A DNA stretch of 64,000 bases from Eledone cirrhosa. Lineage: Eukaryota. Made by a program: the position numbers and the translations under genes. Numbering within the stretch: the first letter of the stretch is position 1; each line of letters starts with the position of its first letter. The DNA lies in contig OZ024743.1 of assembly GCA_964016885.1 (NCBI GenBank), forward strand, positions 44,082,001 to 44,146,000, given 5' to 3'. Positions 12,879-26,399 of the stretch are shown one piece after another. Below the pieces are notes generated by a model. The model did no database searches. It saw nothing but the letters and a program-made list of their open reading frames with translations, and was not told where the DNA came from.

Positions 12879-13183
12879 CTCCTCTTATTCGGACTTTTAC
12901 TCGCGTGTACCTATTAGCACACGACACTAGAATGTCTCCCCCTGGGAACAAAAATACTGCAACCTGAACTATATTTTATTTTTCCTATGTCTTGATTTCT
13001 CCATCTTACTCCACCACCACTCTTGTTTGTTTATTTATATATTTCTACCTGTGCTTTATTAATGTGCCTTTCCACGTATTCTACTTCTATATATCCATGT
13101 ATTGCTACTCCTCTTATTGGGACTTTTACACACTTGTACCCATTAGCACACGACACTAGAATGTCTCCCCCTGAGAACAAAAA
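12879..13183 (+). repeat. about 75-bp direct repeat, 229 bp apart
   Basis: CTCCTCTTATT.GGACTTTTAC...TTAGCACACGACACTAGAATGTCTCCCCCTG.GAACAAAA at 12879-12953 and 13108-13183. Confidence 0.8.
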
Positions 13184-13377
13184 TAAGTATTACCCGACTA
13201 TATCCCTTACTCTACATCCCACTAGGATAACTTATAGAGGATCTATATAATACAATTACAATTTCTTCATAAAAGCCTCTCTCTTTAACTAAACCTCGCA
13301 ACCCAAAACCTTAAAAAAGTGTTAAACTGTTTAATTTTAAACTGTTTAATTATATATATATATATATATGTATATAT

Positions 13378-13473
<96 letters not shown>

Positions 13474-13500
13474 GGGTGTGTATGATTGTGTATAGAAGAT

Positions 13501-13845
13501 TATATTAATAAAAGGGTTTCAACTTTGTCTAATTTACTCGTTTTATTTACTATCCTTTAAAATTATAATGATATTATGATGATATAGTATGGTAGTATGT
13601 TAAATGTTAATTGAACAAGTACTTTCATGCTTTTGCAATCTTCAAGTCATATTTAGTGGTGACAGTTGCAAACTTGACTGTCACTACTGAAAATGAATCT
13701 GAAGATTGCGAAAGCATGAAAGTACTTGTTCAATTAACATTTAACATTCTACCATACTATTTCATTATAATATCATTATAATTTTAAATGATTGTAAATA
13801 AAACGAGTAAATCAGACAAAGCTGGAATACCTTTTATTAATATAT
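13501..13845. mobile_element. fold-back (palindromic) PLE pLTR element with an HHR on each arm
   Basis: About 165-bp inverted arms centred near 13670, 3' tails pointing outward, right end in (TA)n. Confidence 0.85.
13694..13732 (+). ncRNA. minimal type I hammerhead ribozyme
   Basis: TGAAT-CTGAAGA-TTGCGAAAGCAT-GAAA-GTAC-TT-GTTCA; palindromic stem III AGTACT; mirror copy (TTGAAGA) on the minus strand at about 13612-13650. Confidence 0.8.
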
Positions 13846-13865
13846 ATATATATATATATAATTAT

Positions 13866-13979
13866 ATCGTCGAAACGGCTTGAGCTCTGCCGTCGGGATC
13901 TTGAACATTTTCCTATTACCCACTCTACTACCATAAGTATTGAGTACTCTGGTGCGTTATGGTCCACCTGGTTCCTTCG

Positions 13980-13982
<3 letters not shown>
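13866..13982 (+). mobile_element. PLE pLTR tail, family P1, between (TA)n tracts
   Basis: CGTC-GAAA-CGGCTTGAGCTCTGCCG-TC-GGGA followed by the family tail ...GGTCCACCTGGTTCCTTCGTTATA; truncated within HHR stem II. Confidence 0.75.
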
Positions 13983-14013
<31 letters not shown>

Positions 14014-16366
14014 AGAAAGAGAAATGGGGAGATGTACATATCACGTGATAATATGGAGGTGCTCGAATTTAGCAATTGAATTAGTATTCTCACCATATTT
14101 TTTTACTTGAGAACATACTGTAATAATAATATAGCGTATACGCCTCGGGAATGGAAAGAATGGATATTAGGGTGCGTAGGAATCGAACCTACACCCCTTA
14201 TTTTCCTGTTTATCAATACGACTCAAAGTTTAGGGTACAATTTTCATAGAATATCTTTTAGTGTTCTCTTCTGCAATTAATATTATTGTAATTGTGAAGA
14301 GTGTAGGTTCGTTTATACTTACAATTGTCACTCTAAAAATTGAAATTATATTATGTTATCAAGTGTAACAGATGAAAGTATGCACAGAAGGAAGAATATT
14401 TCTCTGGAACTCAGCAATTCTTGTGAGTGTATTGTGTGCTGGGTCTTCATTTAATATTGATTCTTCTTCAGCATAATGAAGTGCAATGTATCCATCTGTT
14501 GGTTTGACAGAGACTACAATTTAATTGACATCTCGAGAAGTTCCCTTGTTGAAATAGTGATAGCGCATGACAAATTATGCGACTCATGTTATACAACATA
14601 TCACAATGTCCAATTTCTACATCAATTTATCATTCACTACCTAATTTTCATGTATTTGTAAGAAAATTACGTTCATTCACTAACTTACAGGCTTATATTG
14701 TTGACGCAGATATCGACGAATGGGTAAGAAATTTACTTCACAATCATAATATCCCTGGTTCGAAGTACAATCTTGTTCAAATATCATTTACGTTAGCCTA
14801 GTATCGATACAAGTATTCACAGTGAAATTGGAAAGTAGGAAACCGTGTGGAAGACCGTCGAATGGAGATTACCTCTATTACTAAACTCACGGCTCATCGC
14901 ATATTGCGGCACGCTGAATCTACTTGAAAATTACATTAGCTGTACACGAATCAGTGAAATTCCTACTTCGAGCAGGTTGTAGATCGATGAAATGGAACAT
15001 TTACTGACGAAAATAATGGAGGTCCATAACATTCTCTTGTGTATTTGCCGCCCCCCCCCCCCTAAGAAAAAAAAACATTACTGTTAAAAGGAAAAGAAAA
15101 GTGTAAACTAATTGCTCGTTATTTTGCAAATATCTTATCTATAAATTTAGCTATCTCTATAATCGAGCGTACTCCCGGTGTGAGTGCACCCGGTAAATGT
15201 TTTTTATTTAATAGAGCCAATAATTAGTTTATCCTATTACGCCGGTAGACATTGCAATCATCCATATTTGACAATTTGTCACGGAAATTGTAATTAGTAA
15301 ATTTATGTTTGTTTTTATATTTACACTCAGGTGTAAATTAAACATATTTTATAATAACATTTCAATAAAGCTATTATTTATATTTGAGTCAATAAATTTC
15401 AACTTTAATAACAGATTAACTAATGAACTACACGTTCTTCTCATCAAATATTAATATATATTTTATTGTATTTAATTTATAAACGAGAGAGAAAGTGAAG
15501 TCTCAGTGTATGGTGTATTGCAACATATACGGGGTGTATAAGTATGTGTATGTGCTTTTCTGAATATCTTAGAATTTAAAGTTAAACCTAACGTATGTAT
15601 AATATAATTACGGAATTTTGCTTAGAGTCCTTCGTTTGAATGGAATGAGGTACGAAATATAAGTAATTTTAACTATTGATCGATTATTCCCATACATTTA
15701 AGATATTTTGTTTCTTCATCAAATTATAACTACCCCAATAAGTCCGTGTATAGAGGAGTATTGCTATCCCTATGTCAAACAGACTTCTCTAATCTGCATG
15801 GCAAATTACGTTATGCTTCATTTAATATATTCACGCATGCGATGTATTCATGTCTAGATATGTATCATTTTATATATTTAGGTGATCATTAATATATTTG
15901 AAGTGACATCCTTTTTATTTGTTTAGCATATGGAAAGAAATCCAAGCTGTAATAGAGGAATAATAAATAATGGAACGACAGAGAGCGGTGAATGGAATTC
16001 TTTATGCACATGGGGTAGATCATCGCGCAATGAGCAGGTAAATAAATATACATATATAGTTTATTACTAAAGCTAACCTAAAATCTGACGTCATGTCCCA
16101 CTGAGACTAAATTAGACTTTCATCATTCCGGGGTCGATGCAATAAAGTACTTGCCAAGGGACAACATTAGAATTCATAATTAAAGCTGACGCATTGCCCC
16201 GGAGAAGAAAGAAATCTGAACCAGTTCTTCTTGACTAGGGATGCCCACGCATCAGATAAACCTCAGTGATTTAAATTAATTTAATACTAAACTGTTACCC
16301 ACCTTTATATAATTCAGTCTTTTCGACTGTTCGTTTAATTGATTGGAAATATATGTACACAAACCC

Positions 16367-16436
<70 letters not shown>

Positions 16437-16496
16437 GAATTGGCTGTTGAAACAGCAAGAGCTCAGCCGTCGGTGTCCCGACGTTTTATTATATAC

Positions 16497-16534
<38 letters not shown>

Positions 16535-16644
16535 CTGTTAGGTAATTCCGAAGGGAAAGCAAAGGAAAAAAGAGTGCTCCATGTATAGAACAGAGCTATT
16601 TAATTAGAAAGTGAACACCACAAAATATAAGAGATGTTATCGGT

Positions 16645-16700
16645 CTGATGACCGATCCAGACGTAAATTAATATTGTCTGGGATCCAGAAACCTTTGGTA
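16645..16700 (+). ncRNA. hammerhead-like motif, stem I lost
   Basis: CTGATGA-CC-GATCCAGAC..GTCTGGGATC-CA-GAAA-CCTTTGG-TA; the 5' side is replaced by a micro-inversion ATCGGTC/GACCGAT. Confidence 0.5.
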
Positions 16701-17761
16701 AAGGTGTAGTTAGATGCAATAGAAAGATAGGTAATGAGAAAAGGAGGGAAGGTAAAGCATTCTATTCGAGAAAAAGCATGTATTTCACTCAGTTATTTCT
16801 GGGGAAATGTTAGTCATTTGATATCTTCGATATTGGAAAGATGTTATATTTTGAGTAGACATGTGTGTTGTATGTGTGCTGGTGTGTGTGACAATGTCTG
16901 TGAGCTTGTGTACACAGGTGTGTGCATGTGTGCATAAGTGTATGCATGCCTGTGTGCGTATATGGGTGTGTTGGTTTGTTTACATGTTCAAAGCTGTGAA
17001 AAAGCATGCGTTAAAGTGTGACCGGGAGGAGTGCTGTGAGGACGTACAGCTGCGTGTGTACCGACACACGTGGGGTGACCAAGACAGGGAGGTATATCTA
17101 CGCATCTGGAATTCTGCGTATATATATACATACAGACATATGTAGAAACAGTCGAAAGGGGTTGTAGAGAAAGTAACAAGCTAGCGAAAATGATCGCACA
17201 TTGTTTCAATTCGTTGTATTGCCATAAGATATATTGTTTGTCTTCGGGCACTACGATATAACAATACACTCGCAAACGATTGAACAATGAAATATGGAGC
17301 CTGGAAGTGGTGATGGTGGTGGGTGTTGGGAAACATTGAACTCCTACGACATTGTCATAAATGATTCAATATATTGTTTTGCACATTGATGAAACTGTAT
17401 GAGTTCATATCTTAACATAATATCAGGACATTGTTGGAAGATGTTCATACATATAATGTAATGAAAATAAAATAATTATTAAACACATTCTAATTTCAAA
17501 GGTCATTTGGGATCAGTTTATCTGCAATTTTTTTTGCTAGAGAATAGCAATGAAATTTAATAAAGATTCATATGTTTAAGCTTGGCCTTTGATCTTGATG
17601 TAATTAAACGTAACTTCAGATAACGTAATCTGATATTAGAAAAACATTATTGTGCTCTTCAATTAGCGCACCTCTGAGGCAAAGCAACTCTGTTACTTAA
17701 TGAGCCATCACACATGCTCCCGTGCACACACACATATACATGTGTTTGTGTAAGTGTATGT

Positions 17762-17822
<61 letters not shown>

Positions 17823-17876
17823 TTTCTTGAATTATTATTACTCCAAGTAACCATCTACCGACTATCCGCTGCCCTT

Positions 17877-17907
<31 letters not shown>

Positions 17908-17926
17908 AATATATATATATATAAAT

Positions 17927-17998
<72 letters not shown>

Positions 17999-18082
17999 GT
18001 GTTTATATGTGTGATGGCATGTGCTGATGAGCGCATGCTCTCATGTATAAATATGCATATATACACACACACACGCACACGT

Positions 18083-18131
<49 letters not shown>

Positions 18132-18132
<1 letters not shown>

Positions 18133-18318
18133 ATAATTGTTTCTACTTTAGGCACAAGGCCAGCAATTAACCAGAGCATTACTGGTACTTTATTTTATCG
18201 ACCCCGTAATGATGAACGGCAAAGTCAACCTCGGCGTGAATTGAACTCAGATCATAAAGGGACGTAACTATGCTGGAAAGCATGTCTTCCGACCATCTAC
18301 CGACTATCCGCTGCCCTT
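18132..18318 (-). mobile_element. SINE family A
   Basis: Full-length match to the family A pattern. Confidence 0.85.
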
Positions 18319-18343
18319 ATATATAGTAATAATAATAGATGGG

Positions 18344-18546
18344 AAGACTAAAATCTAAAGAGTGCTCGATAAGGATATATATATATCAAATATATACGAA
18401 CCGTAGAGCAAATATTTATTAAAATAACAGATTAAAGTTTAAGCAAAGAATCGCTGCTTTCACCTTTAACGGTATCTTCTGAAACTCAGAAGATCCCGTT
18501 AAGGGTGAAAGCAACGATTCTTTGCTTAAACTTTAATCTGTTGTTT
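18344..18546. mobile_element. fold-back pLTR element, family P2 (CAGAAGA HHR-like core)
   Basis: About 60-bp inverted arms at 18421-18546 around GAAACTC; arm reads CAGAAGA-TCCCGTTAAGGGT-GAAA-GC; same family as 43082-43275. Confidence 0.75.
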
Positions 18547-19199
18547 ATATATATATATACAATAGAGATAGCGTTGTTTATATTTACATATCATATGTGT
18601 ATATGTATGTAAAAATTAACCATAATACATATTACTATGTGTATAAAGTATGCCTTATTTCAAAATTAGTGTATTATTTGTTCAGTTAATTTTATTAAAT
18701 GATTATCAAACTGCTGACATCTTTTTTTAATACGTAATTACTCCTATATCCTCTGAGCCGTTGGCAGAAATATCCTTCTGTAAAACCTGGGATTCATTGT
18801 CGTTTTCATTGATATCATAGTAAGAGAAGGAGTTGTAGTCACAATGATATTAGCCTATGTCTACTTGTCTGATTGGTGGAAGAAATGAAATTACTCTCAG
18901 ATCGATATCCTGGTTCGAATTCTTGCAGTTAGACTGTTACAGAGAGACATTGGCCAAACAGTTGTGTTTTAACGAGGTTGCAGAATCTATCAGATTGCTA
19001 GAAATATCTGACGAAGACCATTACTGACAATTGAAATGATTGATGTATCTAGTCTGGTTCATTATCATCGACAGTTCTGTGTATCATTAGACAGAACATT
19101 GAAAAATATAATCAGTATTCTTAACAGTACAGTGGGGTATTTATTAATCCACCCATACATTTTGCTAGTAAAATTACATATCAAATCTTTATGGTTAAT

Positions 19200-19540
19200 A
19201 ATAATAGTTTCTTATATAGGCACAAGGCCAGCAATTGTTGGGAAGGGTAAGTTGATTAAATCGACCCTAGTGCATTACTGGTACATCATTTTATCGACCC
19301 TGTAAGGATGAAAGGCAAAGTGAACTTCGGCGGGATTTGAACTCAGAACGTAAAGGGCCGTAACTATATGCATCAAAGCATGGTGCCCGACCCTCTCCCG
19401 ATACTGCCAATACACGATTTCTACTATAGACACAAGACAGAAATTTGAGGAGAGGGGACAGTCGATTAAGTCTTCCCAGGTGCATTACTGATGTTTTGTA
19501 TCGACTCCGTGGGATGAAAGGCAAAGCTAATCTCGGCGGT
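19200..19540 (-). mobile_element. two tandem SINE family A copies
   Basis: One full copy at 19200-19410 and a 3' partial copy at 19410-19540. Confidence 0.8.
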
Positions 19541-19549
19541 ATTGGTGTC

Positions 19550-20170
19550 GCAAACACAAAGTGCTGACTCTGCGAAGACAAACTTGAGAACATTAACCAC
19601 ATTATTTCCGATTGCTCCTACATAATATAATCAAGTTGACCAATACTTGCACTGAACCATATGCTCTCACTATGATATCCCCCACTTTAAGATCTGGGAT
19701 GAACACCATCCACAGCCACGCACTAAGGGAGAGAATGTTAGAATCATATGAGACTATGGGATAATACAGAGAAGCAAATACATGCTATCATACTCGTAAT
19801 TGTCATCAAACACCTGACAAAAATAATGCCTGTTGATTGATAAGACAGAGCCAACAGATAGAAAGCACCCCATTATATTTAAAACTATCTGAATAAACGG
19901 ACCTTGAGATTGTGATATGCAATATCTGGCAATGAAAAACCAAAATCCTACCTCTTATTGCGTGTGTCCTGGGAATGATCAATAACGCTACCGACACATT
20001 GTTGTCCAACCTTCTAAGATTTCCGAAAGATTGTGCTGACATAAACCACTCACCTCATCAAGATGTGTTCTTACCATTTAATATATACTTGCATTGGGCT
20101 TATGGTTGCGACCCGGTCGGAAGCTGAAATGAAATTGAAATGAAACGAAAAATTAAAACAATTATAATTA
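19550..20170 (+). mobile_element. R4/Dong-like non-LTR retrotransposon 3' fragment (CCHC knuckle plus restriction-like endonuclease), decayed
   Basis: KC*LCEDKLENINHI..; YNQVDQYLH*TICSHYDIP..WDEHHPQP..GENVRII*DY; CLLIDKTEPTD; DLEI; MKTKILPLI..LGMI; AT-rich tail. Confidence 0.75.
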
Positions 20171-20303
20171 AAACAATCAAACGAGACGTTAGCTTCTTTC
20201 TTCTGTAAGCTAATTAGCAATCCTCACCTGACAATTGATAAAGGGATTCCTGCCTTCAAGTAATTGCAAAACATGTATGCACCTGTATACATATATATAT
20301 ACA

Positions 20304-20347
<44 letters not shown>

Positions 20348-20569
20348 ATAGTATTGAAGCATTGTGGAATAATAGGTAAATATCTTTAAGTCGTTTGGAA
20401 GCCTCGACAATGCAAATGGGTAAATCTCCGGGTAACAAGATCCAGTGGTGGATAGAGAGATGTAAGTGGGTGTACGTTGAGATGCGTGGTGTGTATAAGA
20501 CGTGTAGAGGAATGAAAGAAACAGTATAAAGGATAAAATTAAAATAACAACACGAGAGAGAGTTACCTT

Positions 20570-22148
20570 GACGATGACAACCTCTACTCCAAGGTCACGG
20601 GAATCACCCCCGCGCAGATAGAAGAGCACATCAACGCCGCTTGGACCAACTTCTGCGACCGGCGGAAGCTCCAGAAGAAGCTGAGATACAACCTCCTCAC
20701 GAGGAACAGCAGACTACCCGCCTTCTACCACCGCGTGAAAACACACAAACAGGGACCCGACCTGAAGATCAGGCCCATTGTATCGAGCATGGAGGGACCA
20801 CTCTACAAAATTTCATGGCTCCTAGCCAGAATACTCAAACCTATCTTAGACACCTTGCCGGGACACGTTAACAGCTCTGAGGAGGTGTTGAAGCGCCTGC
20901 ATCAAATGGATCCCCACACCAGAAGGAATAACAGATATGCCTTCAGCCTGGATGTAGTCGCTCTCTACACCTCGGTCCCGGCACTCCCGGCCGTCAACAT
21001 ACTGATGGAACGCGTCCAATCCACCGACCTACACTGCTACGGGTTCACCACCACTGACATCCACCAACTCCTATCCATCGTCGTCGACAACACCTACTTC
21101 GAATTCCTTGACCAAACATACCAACAAACCTCTGGATTGCCGATGGGATCAAGCCTGCCGGGTGTGCTAGCGATCTCTTACATGGACAACCTCGAGCGCA
21201 AGGCACTCAACGCCTGCCACCCCAACGCCGTAGCCTTTTTCTCAAGGTACGTGGACGATATCCTCATCCTCACATCTTCCCAAGACACGGCGAACAGAAT
21301 CTATGAGACGTTCAACAACACGGACGAGAACATTGACTTCAGTGTTGAACACCCCAACGAAGACGGGTCACTTGCCCTCCTCGACTTCCGAATCAACATT
21401 ACGGAACAGGGAAGGATCCACTGCAGCTTCTACCGAAAGGCAGCCTGCAGGGACCTGTTCGTTCACTACAAGTCCGCCCTCCCTAATAGTGCCAAAAGAG
21501 GTTACATCAGGAACGAGATCGCGCGAATCAAAAACAGATGCAGCGAACCCGCGAGTGGTGTCACTCATACCAAGTGATTCCTCGAGGTGCTGGAGACGAA
21601 CGGGTACCCTACCTCGCTCACAGACAGAGTAGGAGACACCAGACGCAAGAAACAGAGTGGCACCCAAGGCAACTGCTTCCTTAAAATGCCACACCTGGGC
21701 GAGAATACCCCCAACGCTATCTGCAAGGCTATACGGAGGGAGGGCCTCGACATCCACCTGGACCACTCGGGCCCTTCTCTGCGAAGATGCCTCTCCAGGA
21801 AACCCGGGAAATCTACTGACGTGTGCTCCCTCAGAGACTGCCCGATACGCCATGCGAGCTGTTGCCTACGCACATACGTCGTGTATAAGATAGAATGTGA
21901 CAGGTGCAACCAATACTATATAGGTAGCACAATCCGACATTTGCGCATCCGGATCAAGGAACCAGGGCCTCGACTTTCCAGAAACACATAGACAAATGCA
22001 GAAACAAAGACGGAAGGCCCATTGTCACAATTCTAGCGACTGAAAGAATCGTCGGCACGTTACGTATCAAGGAAGCGCTTTTTATCAAACGCCTGGTACC
22101 GCAAATAAAAAATCGATCCGAGAGAAGCGAAATGAGGTGGCTGGTTTA
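20570..22148 (+). pseudogene. PLE RT and C-terminal GIY-YIG endonuclease (Cys-rich linker, Nematis-like)
   Basis: KTHK..IRPIVS; FSLDVVALYTSVP; QTSGLPMGS; RYVDD; LALLD; CSLRDCP..CC..VVYKIECDRCNQYYIGST.R.L..RIKE. Stop at 21575, frameshifts near 20730 and 21960. Confidence 0.92.
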
Positions 22149-22541
22149 AGTTAACACCGATGCAGCAACACACGCACACACACACACAAAAACGAGACAA
22201 CTACATACGCACACGCACACACACAGAGTAGCATTCCACCATACGAACATACTACACTGCCAAACAGAGGAACAAGGCAACAACACACGCACACACACAC
22301 ACTCAGCAAGACAACAACACACGCACACACACACACAGTAACATTTAACAAACAGGCAGAGAATGGACTGACAGCTAGCGCCACCCCACTCCCACATTCG
22401 GCCGCTGACCTCTGCCCGACCGACCCCATTTCACGCGCAAGCGCGCTCTGCTGAATACCTCTGATATTCAAAACAACAAACAGCGGAGGACACGTTTCGC
22501 ACCTTTCCGACAGACAAACTTTCCCCCACCCCGGAAAAAAG

Positions 22542-22577
22542 CCCCAGGTGATGGATGTGAATCCGAAATATATAGGG
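22542..22577 (+). ncRNA. hammerhead motif with altered core (pLTR of the 20346-22785 PLE)
   Basis: CCC-CAGGTGA-T-GGAT(GTGA)ATCC-GAAA-TATA-TA-GGG; two deviations from CUGANGA. Confidence 0.65.
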
Positions 22578-22780
22578 ACAATTAAATCTCTCCCTAGGTA
22601 ACTCTCTCTCGTGTTGTTATTTTTATTTTATCCTTTATACTCTTTCTTTCATTCCTCTACACGTCTTATACACACCACGCATCTCAACGTACACCCACTT
22701 ACATCTCTCTCTCCACCACCGTATCTTGTTACTCGCAGATTTACCCATTTGCATTGTCGAGGCTTCTAAACGACTTAAAG

Positions 22781-22812
<32 letters not shown>

Positions 22813-22875
22813 AACATGGGGAGAAGAATACTGCATGGTTGCACACAATGCGATGAAATACCAATGATGAGGGAC

Positions 22876-22947
<72 letters not shown>

Positions 22948-22948
<1 letters not shown>

Positions 22949-24198
22949 TAGCAGCAGTACCCAGCGTTGCCTGGGTAGGTAAAGTAATATTTGCTTTGAT
23001 GTAAAGATGTTGATCTTAGCGACTGCGAGTTTCTTGAAAATCGATTGTAAGGTATAGCAAATGGCGAAATGCTGAGTGAAATCGTATGGAATATGTGGGA
23101 GGTGGTAAAAATCGTATTTTGAAGAGATAAACGGCTGCCACGCCGTCCCTGAAAAAAAATTCGGAGTGTAGAGCTACTATGAAATGTGCAATGATAGGTT
23201 CTATCGTAGTATAAAAGTTGAACCAGATAAATTGATTTATGTGTGAGGAGGAGCCGAAGTTTCGAATTATAACGAAATAGTTTGAAAAATGTGGGAGCTA
23301 ATTATAGGTTCTATGTTAGTATAAAAGTGGAACCAAATAAATTGATTTATGTGTGAGGCGGAGTCGAAGTTTCGAATTTTAACGAAATCGGTTGGAAAAT
23401 GTAGGAGCTAGAGCCGAAAGGGCGTAAATTTAAGCGAAAAGGTGCTATTTTCGAATATTTAAGCAGCTGCCACGCCGTTGCTGACAAAAAAATCTAAAAT
23501 GTAAAGCCACTTTAAGACGAGAAATAATCAGATCTAGCGTAGTGTAAAATTTGAAGAAAGTAGGTTGATTAATGTGGGAGCTACAGCTGAAAAAGTGGAA
23601 ATTTGAGTCTAAAAGTGGTATTTTTGAATATTTAAGCGGTTGCTACGCCGTCCTTGAACAAGAAATGCAAGATATAACGTCATTGCTGGGTAGAGGGTGG
23701 CATCCAGGAAGTTAACTTGTTTGGTGTTTTTGTCCATTGTAATACTAAGGTTATAGTTTTTTTGTCCTTTAATATGACTGTAATCTTTGTATGTAAATTG
23801 CCATGCTATATTATTATAATCGATGTCAACCCACTGTGGGTCAATATATACATATGTTTCTATATGTCTCGTGTGTTGAAAAGGAGGTCAAGTATGTAAA
23901 AAATAACTGAATAATTGCTCTGAACACTCCAAACCTCGGTTTGGAAGAAACAATTGTAAGCAAATACCATTGGTGGCAAAATGTGGGAGCTAGAGCCAGA
24001 TATTTTATTTTTCGATACCTAAAAAAGGTGACCCCCCACCCTATCGATTTTTATCTGCAGAATGACCCCGGAATAAAAGAAAACGATACGTTGATATATA
24101 GAAAACACTCCCCAATGACTAATCTATGCGACTGTAAAGTTTCATGAAAATCGGTCGTACGATATTTAGGTAATACACAGACACACAGACACATGCTT

Positions 24199-24215
<17 letters not shown>
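22948..24215 (-). mobile_element. non-autonomous Helitron with internal about 120-bp repeats
   Basis: Minus 3' end ACCCAGGCAACGCTGGGT-ACTGCTG-CTAG|T; 5' end ATATAAAGAAGCATGTGTCTGTGTGTCTG; internal tandem duplication at about 23195-23430. Confidence 0.75.
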
Positions 24216-24235
<20 letters not shown>

Positions 24236-24263
24236 TGTATGTATGTGGGCATATATATATATG

Positions 24264-24330
<67 letters not shown>

Positions 24331-24332
<2 letters not shown>

Positions 24333-24393
24333 CGAAGGAAGTGTAGTAAGGAACCAGTTGGACCGTAAAGCACCAGAATACTCAATACTTAGA

Positions 24394-24395
<2 letters not shown>
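24331..24395 (-). mobile_element. pLTR family P1 terminal 65 bp in (TA)n
   Basis: AACGAAGGAAGTGTAGTAAGGAACCAGTTGGACCGTAAAGCACCAGAATACTCAATACTT with (TA)n on both sides. Confidence 0.75.
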
Positions 24396-24428
<33 letters not shown>

Positions 24429-24455
24429 TGTGTGTATGTGTGTGTGCGTGTATGT

Positions 24456-24506
<51 letters not shown>

Positions 24507-24510
24507 TATT

Positions 24511-24553
<43 letters not shown>

Positions 24554-25053
24554 AATGTGTGTGTGTGTGTGATCGTGTGCGTGTGTATGTGTGTGTGTGC
24601 CTGTGTATAAAGTCAAGTGAAATAAGATATATGGTGGCATACCTACACATCGCTCCATCTCTCTTAACTTACGAAATTCATGAAACTTGTTAAACTCGTA
24701 ATATTATGCTTTATTGTAAATAAACCTTCGTCAAGACACCTATTGTATTTTCAACATTTTTTCCTATATTCGCACCCTTGTGGGCATTATTAAAAAAAAA
24801 TTGCTTTCGAATATATATGTAAATATTCTTACCTACATAAAATATATACTTACCTATATATACATATATACATGCATGCATGCATATATAGTTAATACAC
24901 AAAATGTCGACACTTGTAGCCAGTCCAATATTCGGACATGTGTACCTCCTGCTTATATGAAGGTAAAATAACATATATTGGAAAAGTCGAGCTACAAAAT
25001 GCGGTAAGATTACATGCAAATATTTCTACATATAGATATATTAAATATATTGT

Positions 25054-25108
<55 letters not shown>

Positions 25109-26029
25109 ATGTGTGCATGTGTGTATGCATATGTATATATATATATATATATGTTTCATATATTTTAACTTTATATAGACACAGGGTGTTAAACTTTACA
25201 CTGATAACTAAGCCAAGTAACCTTTCAAAACAAATCACCAAAAGAAAAAGATTATATATGAACGTTTAAATTGTAGGATTAAACACCATCTAAAATGATA
25301 GATTACAAAAGTTGTGAATAACTTTAAATTTCATTCTGACAAAATATTTTCGAAACTTTTAAAGATCATCGTCTATTTTGTAAAATAAATATAAATAACA
25401 GTGAATAGATATATCAATATGGTTAACCGTATATGCCTCCTTCGTTAAAATTGTGACTGCAATAATTATATACAAAGGAACTAAACATTTAACAAAGATT
25501 TATATGTGGCCTGTAGTTAATCTGATCCCCAAAACTTCCGTTTCAAACAAAGGGCAAAAAAATCGATGGAAGTCCGAAGTGCGGAATTAGATATTTCGAC
25601 TAAACATTTAAAATAAACCCGCAACACGTGTGGTTTTATTGTAATGGGACCGATTCAAAGCAGTCTGGGACAAGAGAGACAACCATTGAAAATAGAGATC
25701 CCTCTACCACGGAACGACAGGTAGCATGCTCTGCTAAATTTAGCTAAAAACAACTCACCAATAATTTATATAAAATCAATATTGCTGCTGCACAAACAAA
25801 ACAACACCAGAAAATTGTGGACATCTTACAAGCTATTAAAGCGAGAAAAAGGAATATAAAAGGAAATGATATGCTTTAGCAGCTCCACAAACTTCCTTTC
25901 GTTGTCAGATAATACAACACCATTGTAAGTATGTGTGTGTGACAGCTCACACCTATGCAGATTTAGGTGGCCTCCCCCAAGGTATATCTCGTTGGAGGTG
26001 TCCTGGTTGATTTAATGATAGGGACCCCA

Positions 26030-26140
26030 GTCCTATGATCTCATTTCTACAGCTGAGTAAACTGGGGCAACGAGAAATTAAGTGTCTTAACCTTTCGATT
26101 GCAAGTCCAATGCTCTAACCACGAAGCCATGTGCGTTCAC
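26030..26140 (-). mobile_element. CORE-like SINE family B (deleted)
   Basis: CTCATTTCTACAGCTGAGTAAACTGGGGCAACG..AAGTGTCTT and the tRNA head CTCTAACCACGAAGCCATGTGC. Confidence 0.65.
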
Positions 26141-26399
26141 ATTGTTAGTATAGAACATAATAAATTTGGATTAAACGAAATAGCAGAACATCATCTTAAG
26201 GGCTCAAAGTCCAGAAGTATGGAAACAACACAGGAAACCGTCACCTTTTTGGTATAAGTTTCACCTATCCTATTTCTTTTGTTCCACAATCAAATGAAGT
26301 CACTCAATCGAGATACGAGCAGAAAGCATAAACCAACAGGGAAACGTAACTTTAAAATAGAATCTTCTCCTGCGATAAAGTATCTCACATATCATTGTC

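Larger units (their letters stand above)
20346..22785 (+). mobile_element. 5'-truncated PLE with inverted 3'-end duplication (about 190-bp ITR), in (TA)n
   Basis: RT plus GIY-YIG body; 20380-20568 is the reverse complement of 22596-22784; both ends in (TA)n. Confidence 0.92.
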
